Of a stretch of 64,000 nt of DNA, positions 40,689 to 50,643 are shown one piece after another (the stretch's first letter is position 1; each line of letters begins with the position of its first letter). Below the pieces are notes generated by a model, which saw only the letters and a list, made by a program, of their open reading frames with translations, made no database searches and had not been told where the DNA came from. This DNA comes from an uncultured candidate division Zixibacteria bacterium (GTDB lineage: Bacteria > Zixibacteria > MSB-5A5 > GN15 > PGXB01). The position numbers were made by a program, and so were the translations under genes. Where the stretch lies: NCBI GenBank assembly GCA_963702205.1, contig OY969724.1, positions 1,568,001-1,632,000 of the forward strand, written 5' to 3'.

Positions 40689-41972
40689 ATGACCAAAGTA
40701 GCTTTTGAAACGATCGGGTGCAGGCTCAACCAGTACGAAACCGAAAAGATGGCTTCACGGCTTCTGGCCTGCGGTTTCGAACGGGTGTCGATCAAAGACG
40801 ATGCCGATCTGTACATTATAAATACCTGCACCGTCACCGGTCGCGCCGACGCCACCTGCCGAAATATTATTTCTCGCATCGCCCGCCGCGACAAACCCTC
40901 GGCGCTGGTCGTGGCCGGATGTTATGTCGACTCCGACCCGGAAAAAACGTCATCGTTAAACGGTGTCGATCTGATTATCCCCAACAGCCGAAAAGAAAGC
41001 GTCGTGGCGATAATCAAAGAAAAATTCCCAAACTTCTTTGACAATGGTCTGCCCCACGAAGACGTCAAGGTGCTGGTCGATTTCCACGAACACAATCGGG
41101 CCTGGATAAAGATAGGCGACGGGTGCAATCAGAACTGCGCCTATTGTATCATTCCGACGGTACGGGGACGAATTCAAAACCGACCGCTGGGCGAGATTAT
41201 CACCGAGATCAGGCGGCTTTCGGAAAACGACTATCATGAGGTCGTCCTGACCGGCGTGCATATCGGTAAGTACTCCGATCCCGGTGCCGGAAGCATCGCC
41301 GACTTGATTCGCCGCATACTCGATGATACACCGTTGAGCCGCGTGCGGTTATCGTCGATAGAACCGCAGGAAGTTGACGATGACCTACTGGCTGTGATGC
41401 AGGACGGCGGCCCTCGCGTCTGCCGCCATCTGCACGTGCCGCTTCAGTCCGGCTCGGACAGAATTTTGAAAATCATGCACCGGCCGTATAATTCGAGAGA
41501 TTATCTTCACATCATTGAAAGCGCTAAAACTAAGATCCCCGGTCTTGTCATCGGAGCCGATATAATTGTCGGCTTTCCCGGCGAAACCGATGAAGATTTC
41601 GGCGGATCGGTTGGCGTGGCGGAAAGCGACCTGGTCGATTATGTCCATACCTTTTCATATTCGGACCGTCCCGGCACCGAGGCGTCGCAGATGGCGAACA
41701 AGATCAATCCCGATACCATTAAGCAGAGAAATAAAGTCCTCAGGGATATTTCCAACGCCGGCTATGCCCGCGCTTTGAGCCGCGAGATCGGGCAGCTGTC
41801 TTATGTTATCTCGGAACATAAAGCCGATGACGGTCGCCAGTACTATGGTATAACCGACAATTACTTACGAGCCGCCGTCCCGCTCGAATACAGGGGCACC
41901 AGGAAAATTATCGGGATGCATATCACCGACGTCAGCGAAAATTATCTCATCGGCCAAATAGTTGAAATTTAG
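40689..41972 (+). CDS. mtaB: tRNA t6A37 methylthiotransferase
   Basis: GCRLNQYE, NTCTVT, CNQNCAYC radical-SAM motif, HLHVPLQSGS, IIVGFPGET. Confidence 0.92.
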   Translation: MTKVAFETIGCRLNQYETEKMASRLLACGFERVSIKDDADLYIINTCTVTGRADATCRNIISRIARRDKPSALVVAGCYVDSDPEKTSSLNGVDLIIPNSRKESVVAIIKEKFPNFFDNGLPHEDVKVLVDFHEHNRAWIKIGDGCNQNCAYCIIPTVRGRIQNRPLGEIITEIRRLSENDYHEVVLTGVHIGKYSDPGAGSIADLIRRILDDTPLSRVRLSSIEPQEVDDDLLAVMQDGGPRVCRHLHVPLQSGSDRILKIMHRPYNSRDYLHIIESAKTKIPGLVIGADIIVGFPGETDEDFGGSVGVAESDLVDYVHTFSYSDRPGTEASQMANKINPDTIKQRNKVLRDISNAGYARALSREIGQLSYVISEHKADDGRQYYGITDNYLRAAVPLEYRGTRKIIGMHITDVSENYLIGQIVEI

Positions 41973-42103
41973 ACAATCAAGAAAAATCGACCTGTTCGGC
42001 CGGAAAAATTTTCTAATTTGAACCGTTTTTTCTCTCCCCTCAGATAAACCGCAAAGCTCATAAGTTTCAATATGTCAATGACATATCTGCGCCGCCCTGA
42101 TAT

Positions 42104-42118
42104 TGGCACGGGGCTTGC
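42104..42118 (+). promoter_or_regulatory. Sigma54 -24/-12 promoter of the flagellar operon
   Basis: TGGCAC-GGGGC-TTGC, consensus match. Confidence 0.85.
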
Positions 42119-42160
42119 GAAAATCTCCGCCGGAGAAATACCATATTTGCGTGAAAAAAA

Positions 42161-42976
42161 ATGGAAGATGAAGAAAAACAAGTTCCGGAAGTAAACGAGG
42201 CGCAGGCTGAGGGTGATAACCCTTCCGGCGAACAGGCATCCGAACAGCAACCGGTCAGCGGCATTAAGGCACTGCTGGGCAAATACAAAAAGTATTTGGT
42301 CCCGGCGGTGATCGGACTGACGGCTCTTATTGTCTCTCTTGTGATTCCCCAATTTTTCAATAGCGACAAGGAGCCACAGGCAGAAGCTGCCGCCGAACAC
42401 GGTGCCGATACGTTGCAGACCGTTGAAGAAAACCGGGATTCCCTGCTCGCGGAAGCCGCCAGGCCTTTGGAGCTTTCCGAACTTGATGATCAGGAACTGG
42501 AGGAACTTCTTTCGATGAACCAACTTTACGAAAGCCTCGATACCGACGCCATCCTTAAAGAAATGGATGCGATGGACAATCAGGCGCCTGAAAAGCTGGT
42601 CGACGGCGAACAGATATCTGCGGCCGATTCGGTGGATACTCTCAACTGGATCGACAAAGAGATGCAAAAGCTCACCGCCGAGAAAGATTCTCTGAAAAAC
42701 TTGAAGGAGGAATTGCAAACTCTAAACCAGAAAGTGGAAAAGGCGTCGGATCGACTTGATAAAGCCGAATCGGCGCGGCTGACAAAGCTGGCCCGCCTGT
42801 ACGACGGTATGAAAGCCGATGAAGTGGCTCGATTGTTCGATAATCTTCCTGACAGCGTTATCATTATGATCCTGCCCAAAATGAAACCGGCTAATGCCGC
42901 CAAAATTCTGGGACTCATGAAGCCCAAGCGCGCGGCCGGCATTTCAACCAAATTGATCACGGTAATGGAACCATAA
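42161..42976 (+). CDS. MotE/FlbB-like flagellar protein (TM, coiled coil, MgtE_N-like C domain)
   Basis: LARLYDGMKADEVA..MKPANAAKILGLM; directly before fliK. Confidence 0.75.
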   Translation: MEDEEKQVPEVNEAQAEGDNPSGEQASEQQPVSGIKALLGKYKKYLVPAVIGLTALIVSLVIPQFFNSDKEPQAEAAAEHGADTLQTVEENRDSLLAEAARPLELSELDDQELEELLSMNQLYESLDTDAILKEMDAMDNQAPEKLVDGEQISAADSVDTLNWIDKEMQKLTAEKDSLKNLKEELQTLNQKVEKASDRLDKAESARLTKLARLYDGMKADEVARLFDNLPDSVIIMILPKMKPANAAKILGLMKPKRAAGISTKLITVMEP

Positions 42977-44388
42977 TGAATACTCAAACAGACATGCTGA
43001 ATCTCTTCTTGCCCGTGATTCAGGGTACGCCAAAGGGGGGCGCAGCGGCCGACGGTGGAAAATCGCAGCTTGCAGGCGATGATTTTCTGCAGTTCCTGCT
43101 CGGATCGGTGCCGACCGACCCGAATGCTGCGCTTCTTTTGGGTGCCGATGTATCGGGCGAGGGTGATTTAGCCAATCAGGTTTCTGCCGGATCGGAAGAA
43201 TTATCGGATCTTGACATTCTTAATCCTGACAATCAAAAGGGCCTCGTATTCGGGGCGTGGAATTTGAATCCTGATAATAAAGAAGTTACGAATCAGGATA
43301 CAATTTGGGACAAATTTATCGTCTCCAAAGGCTGGCAGGTCGGGCAGGCCGAAAACGCTGCTTTACCGGCAACGGATGGTGCACCGGCCGATGAAAATTC
43401 CAATGCTGGACGAATAGTCGACCCCATGAAAGTTTTCACGGGCAATTCGCCAATGGTGCCGTCCGGAACGCAGTCAAACGGCGGCGGGCAGATAGTCATC
43501 ACGGGAACGATTCAATCCGGCAACGGTGCGACCGTATCCGATGAACGACTGAACCATCTGGCGGAAAATCTGGCGGTGAGTACGGCTGACATTACTCAAG
43601 CGCAACCGGAGCAGAACGACAAGGCAGCCATACTGGACGCCTCGCAAAAGCCGGTCTGGCCGGAGATGTCGCCCATGAAGACGTTGCAGATTCACGATTC
43701 AGAAAAAACAGAATCCGAAAAACCTCTGATAATTGCCGGAGATTCCGAATCGGCAGAAAACGAGGCCGACGGCAAAAATGTCGTCAAGGCCATCAATGAT
43801 GATGTGTCTTCGGGCGAATTGAAAAAGGACGCCAAAGGCACAACGGAAGCGACCCAGGTAAAGTCGTCAGTCAACAGCGTAGACTCATCACGTCCGGCAG
43901 CCCACACTGCCACACAGGCGAGTAAGGTTTTGCCGACGGGAGAGCGGTATGAAGCACCGGCTGTGCGCTTTATCCTTCCTGAAAACTTCAAAGACAACGT
44001 CGTGCGTCCGGGCCATACGATTACTCTTCATATGGAGCCGGATCACCTCGGTTCGGTCCGCCTGACTTTGACGTCGCATCAGGATTCCCTTATCGGGCGG
44101 GTCGTGGTCGACAGCCCGGCCGCCAAAATGGCCGTGGTATCCAACCTGCACGTGCTGCAAAATCAGTTGTCCAATGAAGGACTGAACCTGCAGCAATTCC
44201 AGGTGTCGGTCGGAGGCGAGCAGGCCCAGCAGTTCACCCACGGCAACATGCCTCACGGCAACGGGTCGGCGGGTGCAAATTTGTCAACGTCCGAGCAAGT
44301 CAGCGCCTCATCGGCTGCCGTGCAGTCCGCCATATACGGGGGACAGGGCGGCTATGTAAACGCCGGTGGAGTCAACTGGCTGGCTTAG
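42976..44388 (+). CDS. fliK: Flagellar hook-length control protein
   Basis: LHMEPDHLGSVRL...LQNQLSNEGL C-terminal domain. Confidence 0.85.
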   Translation: MNTQTDMLNLFLPVIQGTPKGGAAADGGKSQLAGDDFLQFLLGSVPTDPNAALLLGADVSGEGDLANQVSAGSEELSDLDILNPDNQKGLVFGAWNLNPDNKEVTNQDTIWDKFIVSKGWQVGQAENAALPATDGAPADENSNAGRIVDPMKVFTGNSPMVPSGTQSNGGGQIVITGTIQSGNGATVSDERLNHLAENLAVSTADITQAQPEQNDKAAILDASQKPVWPEMSPMKTLQIHDSEKTESEKPLIIAGDSESAENEADGKNVVKAINDDVSSGELKKDAKGTTEATQVKSSVNSVDSSRPAAHTATQASKVLPTGERYEAPAVRFILPENFKDNVVRPGHTITLHMEPDHLGSVRLTLTSHQDSLIGRVVVDSPAAKMAVVSNLHVLQNQLSNEGLNLQQFQVSVGGEQAQQFTHGNMPHGNGSAGANLSTSEQVSASSAAVQSAIYGGQGGYVNAGGVNWLA

Positions 44389-44397
44389 GAGGATAAT

Positions 44398-45105
44398 ATG
44401 TCTGACGTAAACGGTGTAACCAACGGCGCGAGCAGTAACATTTTCACCAATGCCGCCACCAACACGCTCGGCAAGGATGACTTCCTTCAGTTGCTGGTCA
44501 CGAAGATGACCAACCAGGACCCCCTGGAGCCGATGAAGGACGAGCAGTTCATTGCCGAACTGGCGCAGTTCTCGCAGTTGGAACAAACCTACAACATGAA
44601 CCAGCTTTTGCAGAATTCCTCGAACATGGATTATCTGCAAATGCAAACGATCAACAACACCATGGCGACCAATCTTATCGGGAAAGACGTGCAGGCGTCC
44701 TACGACAGCGTCTATCTCGGCGACACCGATTCACCTGAGATCAACTACTCGACCGATAAGTACGCCACGGAAGTCAAGGTGACAATAACCAAAAGCGATG
44801 GTACCGTCGTGCGCACCCTGACCGGTGAAGAAGTCGCCCCCGGCGACAATACCATCACCTGGGACGGCAAGGATGAGAATGGTAATCGCGTCGCTTCGGA
44901 CGTTTATTCGGTCTCGATCGAAGCCAGGGATGCCAACGGCGACGACTTCACTCCGTCGACATACGTCCGGGGACTGGTCGAAGGAGTCGTGTACCGCGAC
45001 GGTTCGGCTTTGCTGAAAGTCAACGGTATGGAAATCTCCCTGGCCAACGTCGAACAGATTCTCGACAACGCCGCAGCCGCTAACTCCGAAGAGGACGGCG
45101 GTTAG
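44398..45105 (+). CDS. flgD: Flagellar hook capping protein
   Basis: LGKDDFLQLLVTKMTNQDPLEPM..QLAQFS-like motif; Ig domain with WDGKD. Confidence 0.95.
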   Translation: MSDVNGVTNGASSNIFTNAATNTLGKDDFLQLLVTKMTNQDPLEPMKDEQFIAELAQFSQLEQTYNMNQLLQNSSNMDYLQMQTINNTMATNLIGKDVQASYDSVYLGDTDSPEINYSTDKYATEVKVTITKSDGTVVRTLTGEEVAPGDNTITWDGKDENGNRVASDVYSVSIEARDANGDDFTPSTYVRGLVEGVVYRDGSALLKVNGMEISLANVEQILDNAAAANSEEDGG

Positions 45106-45141
45106 GAGGCGACGTAATGAAAACGTCGGAAAGGAAATAAG

Positions 45142-45528
45142 ATGAGAATAGGGGAATTCAATTCACAGGTCAATTTGCTTGATATCGCCTCGCGATCGCA
45201 AGTCGGTCCGAACGCGGCTGAAGAGAAGAAATCGTCGTTCAAAAATGCTTTCTCGAAAGAACTGGCCCGTTCGGCCGACGTGAGCTTTTCCAAACACGCC
45301 CAGGCGCGATTGTTTTCGCGCGGGATTACGATGTCCGACCAGAAACTGAATCAACTGTCTCAGGCTATGGACAAAGCGGCGTCGAAAGGATCGCGGGAAA
45401 CGCTGATTCTCGATGACGATGCGGCTTATGTGGCGTCGGTCGAAAACCGCACGATCATAACGGCCTTCGGGCGCGAGAATTTGAGAGAAGGAGTCATCAC
45501 CTCGATAGACTCAGCCATCATTTTGTAA
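45142..45528 (+). CDS. Flagellar operon protein (TIGR02530 family)
   Basis: FSKHAQARL..RGI, KGSRETL, NRTIITA and IDSAII motifs; between flgD and flgE. Confidence 0.9.
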   Translation: MRIGEFNSQVNLLDIASRSQVGPNAAEEKKSSFKNAFSKELARSADVSFSKHAQARLFSRGITMSDQKLNQLSQAMDKAASKGSRETLILDDDAAYVASVENRTIITAFGRENLREGVITSIDSAIIL

Positions 45529-45628
45529 AGAAAAAAAGAATGAAAGTAACTGTAAACATCGACCGTAAGACTGGACCCCGTAACGAGACGGGGAGGTCTT
45601 GCCGTACATTTATGGAGGTAAGCCTGCC

Positions 45629-47563
45629 ATGATGGGTTCGCTTTATGCAGGGGTTTCTGGATTAAGAAACCATCAGATGAAAATGAATGTCATCGGTAAC
45701 AACATCGCCAACGTCAACACGATCGGCTTCAAGTCGGGCCGCGTCACTTTTCGGGAAGCTCTCGTGCAGACCGTAAAAGGCGCCGGGCGTCCGACCGCGA
45801 TTTCCGGCGGCACCAACCCGATTCAGATCGGTCTTGGTATGAACGCCGCGACCATTGACAACATTTTTGAACAGGGCGGTCTGGAACTGACCGGCCAGAT
45901 CACCGATATGGCCATTCAGGGATCCGGGTTCTTCGTCCTGTCGGACGGCTCCGGACGTTTCTATACTCGAGCCGGATCGTTCAACTTCGATGCCAATTCC
46001 TACCTCGTTGATCCGTCTTCGGGATATTTCGTGCAGGGTCGCATGGCCGATCCGAACGGCAATATTCTGTCATCGTCAACGACCGGTAACATCCGCCTGC
46101 CATTCGGTCAACAGGACCCGCCGAAAGAAACCGAAAAAATAAAATTCGGCAACAACCTTGACTCTACCGCTACCGATGCTCGTGCGACACTGGTTTCGGC
46201 CGGAACAACCGGTATCGACGCCGTGCTGGGCACGGCCTTTAACGGGGCCGGTGGTGTCCATACTTTGACTATAACCGGCAACCAGGCAACCCGGTCCACT
46301 AACGCCGGGGCCAATATTACCGGTGCGCCGCTAACCGGCAGCATGACCATGACCGATCTCGGCGTTACCGACCCGACCGGTTTTACTTTAAGCGTCGATA
46401 ACAACACGCCGGAAGAAATAATCGGATTGACTTTAAACTCAACCGTCAACGATTTGATTGCATCCCTAAATTCCATAAGCGGTTGTGAAGCGACTCTTAC
46501 GCCCGGCGGCGAAATTCAGATTACCCGTACCAAAGCCGGAACGGGCGGTACCTACAATATTGAAACTTCTCAGGCCATCAACACCGGTGGCAATATAAAT
46601 ATCGTTGCGGCCTTATTCGGAACGGCCGATGGCGGTACTTTTGACGTCAACAACGGCACCGATCATAGCTTTACATGCGTGGACAGTTTCACGTCGACCG
46701 CCGGTTTGACATACCCCAATGAAGTTCTGGACGTTGTCGTCGACGATGAAACCGGACTCGCGACCGGTATCAGCGGTCTGGGCGGAAGTGACGACGTATC
46801 GATCAAGAGTTTTGGCGGTATTTCCGCCGGAACGTGCGCGATCAATACCGAAGATACCATCCACGCCACGTCGATCACGGTCTACGATTCGCAGGGCGGC
46901 AAACATACCCTGACGCTGGATTTCATTCGTACGGCCGACCCCAATGAATGGCGTTGGGAAGCCGGGACCATGGGCAGCGAAGTCATTCGTGGAGGCGGCT
47001 CCGGCCGGGTGACGTTCAACCCCGATGGTTCGCTGCTGTCGTTCGGATTCGACGGCGCGGCGTCGCGCATGACCATCGACCCCAATAACGGCGCGGGTAC
47101 AATGAGCATTGCGGTGGACGCCGGCACGGCCGGTTCGTACGAAGGCCTCACCAGTTTTGAAGCCCCGCACACCGCGTCGATTTTGCAGCAGGACGGCTAC
47201 GGTCTGGGTATTCTGGATCGAATCACAATCGATACCTCCGGGAATATCAACGGTATCTTTACCAACGGCATCAGCCGAGTGCTGGCTCAAATTGTTTTGG
47301 CCGACTTCAACAACCGGGCCGGTCTGCTCAAGGGCGGTCAGTCATTGTACCTCGAATCGGCCAACTCCGGTCCGGCCATCGAAGGTATCGCCGGACAAAC
47401 CATATCCGGGACAATTTCCTCCGGCGCACTGGAATCATCGTCGGTCGATATCGCCCAGGAATTTACCAGTATGATTACCGCCCAGCGCGGTTTCCAGGCC
47501 AATGCCCGAATCATCACGACTTCGGACACGATGCTGGACGAACTGGTTAACTTAAAGAGATAA
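45629..47563 (+). CDS. flgE: Flagellar hook protein (long form)
   Basis: SLYAGVSGL..GNNIANVNTIGFK; LESSSVDIAQEFTSMITAQRGFQAN; GGAGGT SD. Confidence 0.95.
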   Translation: MMGSLYAGVSGLRNHQMKMNVIGNNIANVNTIGFKSGRVTFREALVQTVKGAGRPTAISGGTNPIQIGLGMNAATIDNIFEQGGLELTGQITDMAIQGSGFFVLSDGSGRFYTRAGSFNFDANSYLVDPSSGYFVQGRMADPNGNILSSSTTGNIRLPFGQQDPPKETEKIKFGNNLDSTATDARATLVSAGTTGIDAVLGTAFNGAGGVHTLTITGNQATRSTNAGANITGAPLTGSMTMTDLGVTDPTGFTLSVDNNTPEEIIGLTLNSTVNDLIASLNSISGCEATLTPGGEIQITRTKAGTGGTYNIETSQAINTGGNINIVAALFGTADGGTFDVNNGTDHSFTCVDSFTSTAGLTYPNEVLDVVVDDETGLATGISGLGGSDDVSIKSFGGISAGTCAINTEDTIHATSITVYDSQGGKHTLTLDFIRTADPNEWRWEAGTMGSEVIRGGGSGRVTFNPDGSLLSFGFDGAASRMTIDPNNGAGTMSIAVDAGTAGSYEGLTSFEAPHTASILQQDGYGLGILDRITIDTSGNINGIFTNGISRVLAQIVLADFNNRAGLLKGGQSLYLESANSGPAIEGIAGQTISGTISSGALESSSVDIAQEFTSMITAQRGFQANARIITTSDTMLDELVNLKR

Positions 47564-47574
47564 GGTAAGGTCAC

Positions 47575-47796
47575 ATGATTAAAGTGACGAAACTTAATAA
47601 CGATGAGATTGTAGTGAATGCCGACCTGATCGAATTCGTCGAGGCTAATCCGGATACGATTATCAGCCTCATCAGCGGCAAGAAGATCATGGTCAAGGAA
47701 TCACCCCAGGAGATAATTAAGAGGACGGCGGCCTACCGCCGACTCTCCTGGGGAATCGATCTCAAACAGGTCAAAGAAGCTAACGAGAATTATTAG
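47575..47796 (+). CDS. flbD: Flagellar FlbD (SwrD) family protein
   Basis: MIKVTKLN..VNADLIEFVEANPDTIISL..GKK. Confidence 0.93.
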   Translation: MIKVTKLNNDEIVVNADLIEFVEANPDTIISLISGKKIMVKESPQEIIKRTAAYRRLSWGIDLKQVKEANENY

Positions 47797-47810
47797 CAAG
47801 GAGCGGATAT

Positions 47811-48350
47811 ATGCCTCCGGAAAATGAAAAAAACAACAGGGAAGGAACCGCCGTCGAGGCGGAAGCGGTACCCAAAAAGAAAAAGAGCCTGCCCCCGATC
47901 GTGCTCTATGTTGTCATCGCCGTGGTGATGGTCGGGGTCGGGGTAACGGTCGGAACGAAGTTCATGGGCGGCGCCAAAGCGGATGATACCGTGGCGGTGT
48001 CCGAAGAACAAGCCGGGACAGATAAAAAAGAACACAAAGAGGATGCCCCAACTGAATTGTTCATGGTCAACGACCTGGTCGTAAACCCGGCCGGCACCGA
48101 GGGCACTCGTTTTCTTTCGGCTTCGATCGGTCTGGAGACGTACTCCAAAGAAACCCTCGATCTGATGGAAAAGAGAGAACCGCTCGTGCGCGATGCTCTC
48201 ATTACGATTCTGGGTTCCAAGACGATTGACCAGTTGTCCGATCCGAAACAGAAAGAAATAATTCGTTTCCAGATCAAGAAACGTACCGAGCAGCTGCTGC
48301 ACGTGGACGATCTGTCGGCGGTGTATTTTACTCAGTTCATTTTGCAATAG
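47811..48350 (+). CDS. fliL: Flagellar basal body-associated protein
   Basis: TM helix, LVVNPA..RFL, VRDALI and VYFTQFILQ. Confidence 0.92.
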   Translation: MPPENEKNNREGTAVEAEAVPKKKKSLPPIVLYVVIAVVMVGVGVTVGTKFMGGAKADDTVAVSEEQAGTDKKEHKEDAPTELFMVNDLVVNPAGTEGTRFLSASIGLETYSKETLDLMEKREPLVRDALITILGSKTIDQLSDPKQKEIIRFQIKKRTEQLLHVDDLSAVYFTQFILQ

Positions 48351-48368
48351 GTAAACGAGGATAAGATT

Positions 48369-49361
48369 TTGGCCAAAATACTGACACAGGAAGAAATCGA
48401 TGCCCTGCTGAATACGGTCAGCTCCAATGAACCGGAAAGGGCCGAGGACCCGGGGCGATCGGAGCATATCCGATCGGTCGTCACCTACGATTTCAAGCAC
48501 CCCAACCGGGTGTCCAAAGATCAGGTGCGGACTCTGGAAAACATGCACGATAACTTCGCCGGACATATCGGTTCGACCCTGTCGGCCATGTTACGAACGA
48601 TGGTCGACGTGGACCTGATCTCGGTCGATCAGATCAACTACAGTGAGTACATCATGTCGCTGGTGTCGCCGTCGTGTACCTACACGTTTTCGTCCAAGCC
48701 GCTCGAAGGCTTGTGTGTCATGGATTTCAGCCCGACCCTCGCCTTTGCCTTTATCGACCGCATGTTCGGCGGCGGAGAGAAAATTCTCGAGGTCGAGCGC
48801 GAGCTCACCGGGATAGAAAAATCGGCCATGTCCCGTATTACTCGGCGCATATACAACGACCTGGGCGAATCGTGGAAAAACATGGTCCCGATCGAGATCG
48901 AACACAAGTCGTTCGAGACCAACCCGCAGTTCGTGCAAGTGGTCCCGGCCGGTGAGACGGTTATTGTCGTATCGCTTCAGCTCAAACTGTTCAGCACGAC
49001 CGGTCTGCTGACTATATGTTATCCCTATGTTTCACTGGAATCGATCCTGGGCAAACTTTCGGCCCAGAACTGGATCGACGCCACCAAACGCAAAAACCTC
49101 GAAAGCAATAAAGAAGTCAATCGCGAAAACATCCGCGAGGTCGCCATGGATCTGCAGTTGATTCTGGCTCATTCCAAACTGAAAATGAAAGATTTTATCA
49201 ATTTGAAAATCGGAGATGTAATCACTACCGAACAAAAAATAAACGCGGAAGTCGAGATGAAGGTCGGCAACAGGCTTAAATTTTTCTGCCGTCCGGGTTT
49301 GTACGGTAAACGCCGGGCCGCCCAGATCATGTCGCTCAACCCGGTATTAGGTAAGGAGTAA
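48369..49361 (+). CDS. fliM: Flagellar motor switch protein
   Basis: ILTQEEIDALL, YDFKHP, RELTGIE and ETNPQF. Confidence 0.95.
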   Translation: MAKILTQEEIDALLNTVSSNEPERAEDPGRSEHIRSVVTYDFKHPNRVSKDQVRTLENMHDNFAGHIGSTLSAMLRTMVDVDLISVDQINYSEYIMSLVSPSCTYTFSSKPLEGLCVMDFSPTLAFAFIDRMFGGGEKILEVERELTGIEKSAMSRITRRIYNDLGESWKNMVPIEIEHKSFETNPQFVQVVPAGETVIVVSLQLKLFSTTGLLTICYPYVSLESILGKLSAQNWIDATKRKNLESNKEVNRENIREVAMDLQLILAHSKLKMKDFINLKIGDVITTEQKINAEVEMKVGNRLKFFCRPGLYGKRRAAQIMSLNPVLGKE

Positions 49362-49367
49362 AAATTC

Positions 49368-49988
49368 ATGGATGAAGAGAAAAACATAAACGAACAGCCG
49401 GAAGAAAGTCCTCCCGCCAACGAGCAGGCCGCCGAGGGGCAGGAAGTCGACGTCGCCGAAGCCGTCGAAGACGCTCCCGCCTCCGACGATTTGCTCAGCG
49501 AAGAAAACGCTCCCGATTCCGATGATAACGCCGACGTCGCGCAAGGTGCCGAAAATGGGTCCGGTGATCCCGAGATGCTTTCGCAGGACGCCATCGATGA
49601 CGCCCTTCAGGGGTACTCGCAAGACGATAAAGCCGATTTGGACGGAACCGGCATGTCACAGGGCGATGATCCGGTGGTCAGACATGCCGATTTTCAGCAG
49701 TTGTCCAATGCGACGGAGGGAATGTCCAGCCGCAATATCGACCTGCTCATGGACGTCGATTTGCCGGTGTCTATCGAACTGGGCAAGACTCGCATGAACG
49801 TGTCGGATATTCTGTCGCTTGGACCGGGGTCGGTGGTCGAACTGGACAAGCTGGTCGGTGAACCGGTTGATCTTCTGGTCAACAGCAAATGCGTGGCCCG
49901 CGGTGAAGTGGTCGTCGTCGATGAAAACTTCGGCCTGCGTATCACACAATTGGTATCGCCGGAAGAAAGGATCAAAAACCTGCAATGA
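49368..49988 (+). CDS. fliN: Flagellar motor switch protein FliN with acidic N-terminal extension
   Basis: NIDLLMDVDLPVSIELG..GEVVVVDENFGLRI. Confidence 0.93.
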   Translation: MDEEKNINEQPEESPPANEQAAEGQEVDVAEAVEDAPASDDLLSEENAPDSDDNADVAQGAENGSGDPEMLSQDAIDDALQGYSQDDKADLDGTGMSQGDDPVVRHADFQQLSNATEGMSSRNIDLLMDVDLPVSIELGKTRMNVSDILSLGPGSVVELDKLVGEPVDLLVNSKCVARGEVVVVDENFGLRITQLVSPEERIKNLQ

Positions 49989-50584
49989 ACCAGACCGCCA
50001 AAAAAGCATTAATCAGCGCTCTGGTCCTGATTGTTCTGTCAGTCGGGCTGGTCTTGACGGGCATGGGCAGCGATAAATCCCAGAAGAACCTTCCTCTGGC
50101 GCAGTCACCGGGTTTAACCGAGACATCAAATGCTCCGGCCGATCTGTCTCCGTTTACGGACGGAGGATCGATGACCGGACCGCTGTTGAAACTGGTCTTT
50201 GCCCTGGGTGTCGTCATCGCCGCGATTTACGGGTTTTTGTTCCTGCTCCGAAAAATGATGGGGCAGAAACACTCCGGAAACCGATCCAACCAGTTGATCG
50301 AAGTAATCGAGACGACCTACATTGCGCAAAAAAGATCGGTCTCGGTTATACGCTTTCACAATAAAGCCATTCTGGTAGGGATTTGCGACGGTTCGATTCA
50401 GCGCCTGGGCGAACTGAGCCCCGAAGAAACGGCCGCGGTACTGACGGAAAAGGCCGAAGTCAACGGTGCCGGTAAGTTCGCAGGGGTGTTGACCGAAGCC
50501 CGAACCCGGCTGAAAAGCTGGAATATGGCGCGCATATTGACGAAAAGCGCAGCGAGGGACGCGGAGTCCCCACAGACGATTTAA
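49985..50584 (+). CDS. fliO: Flagellar biosynthesis protein FliO/FliZ
   Basis: TM helix then IEVIETTYI..KRSVSVI..ILVG; between fliN and fliP. Confidence 0.85.
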   Translation: MNQTAKKALISALVLIVLSVGLVLTGMGSDKSQKNLPLAQSPGLTETSNAPADLSPFTDGGSMTGPLLKLVFALGVVIAAIYGFLFLLRKMMGQKHSGNRSNQLIEVIETTYIAQKRSVSVIRFHNKAILVGICDGSIQRLGELSPEETAAVLTEKAEVNGAGKFAGVLTEARTRLKSWNMARILTKSAARDAESPQTI

Positions 50585-50643
50585 CAACTGAATATTTGCG
50601 GACAGGACGTCCGCGCAAATAGGATTTTAGGATTTCATAGGAT

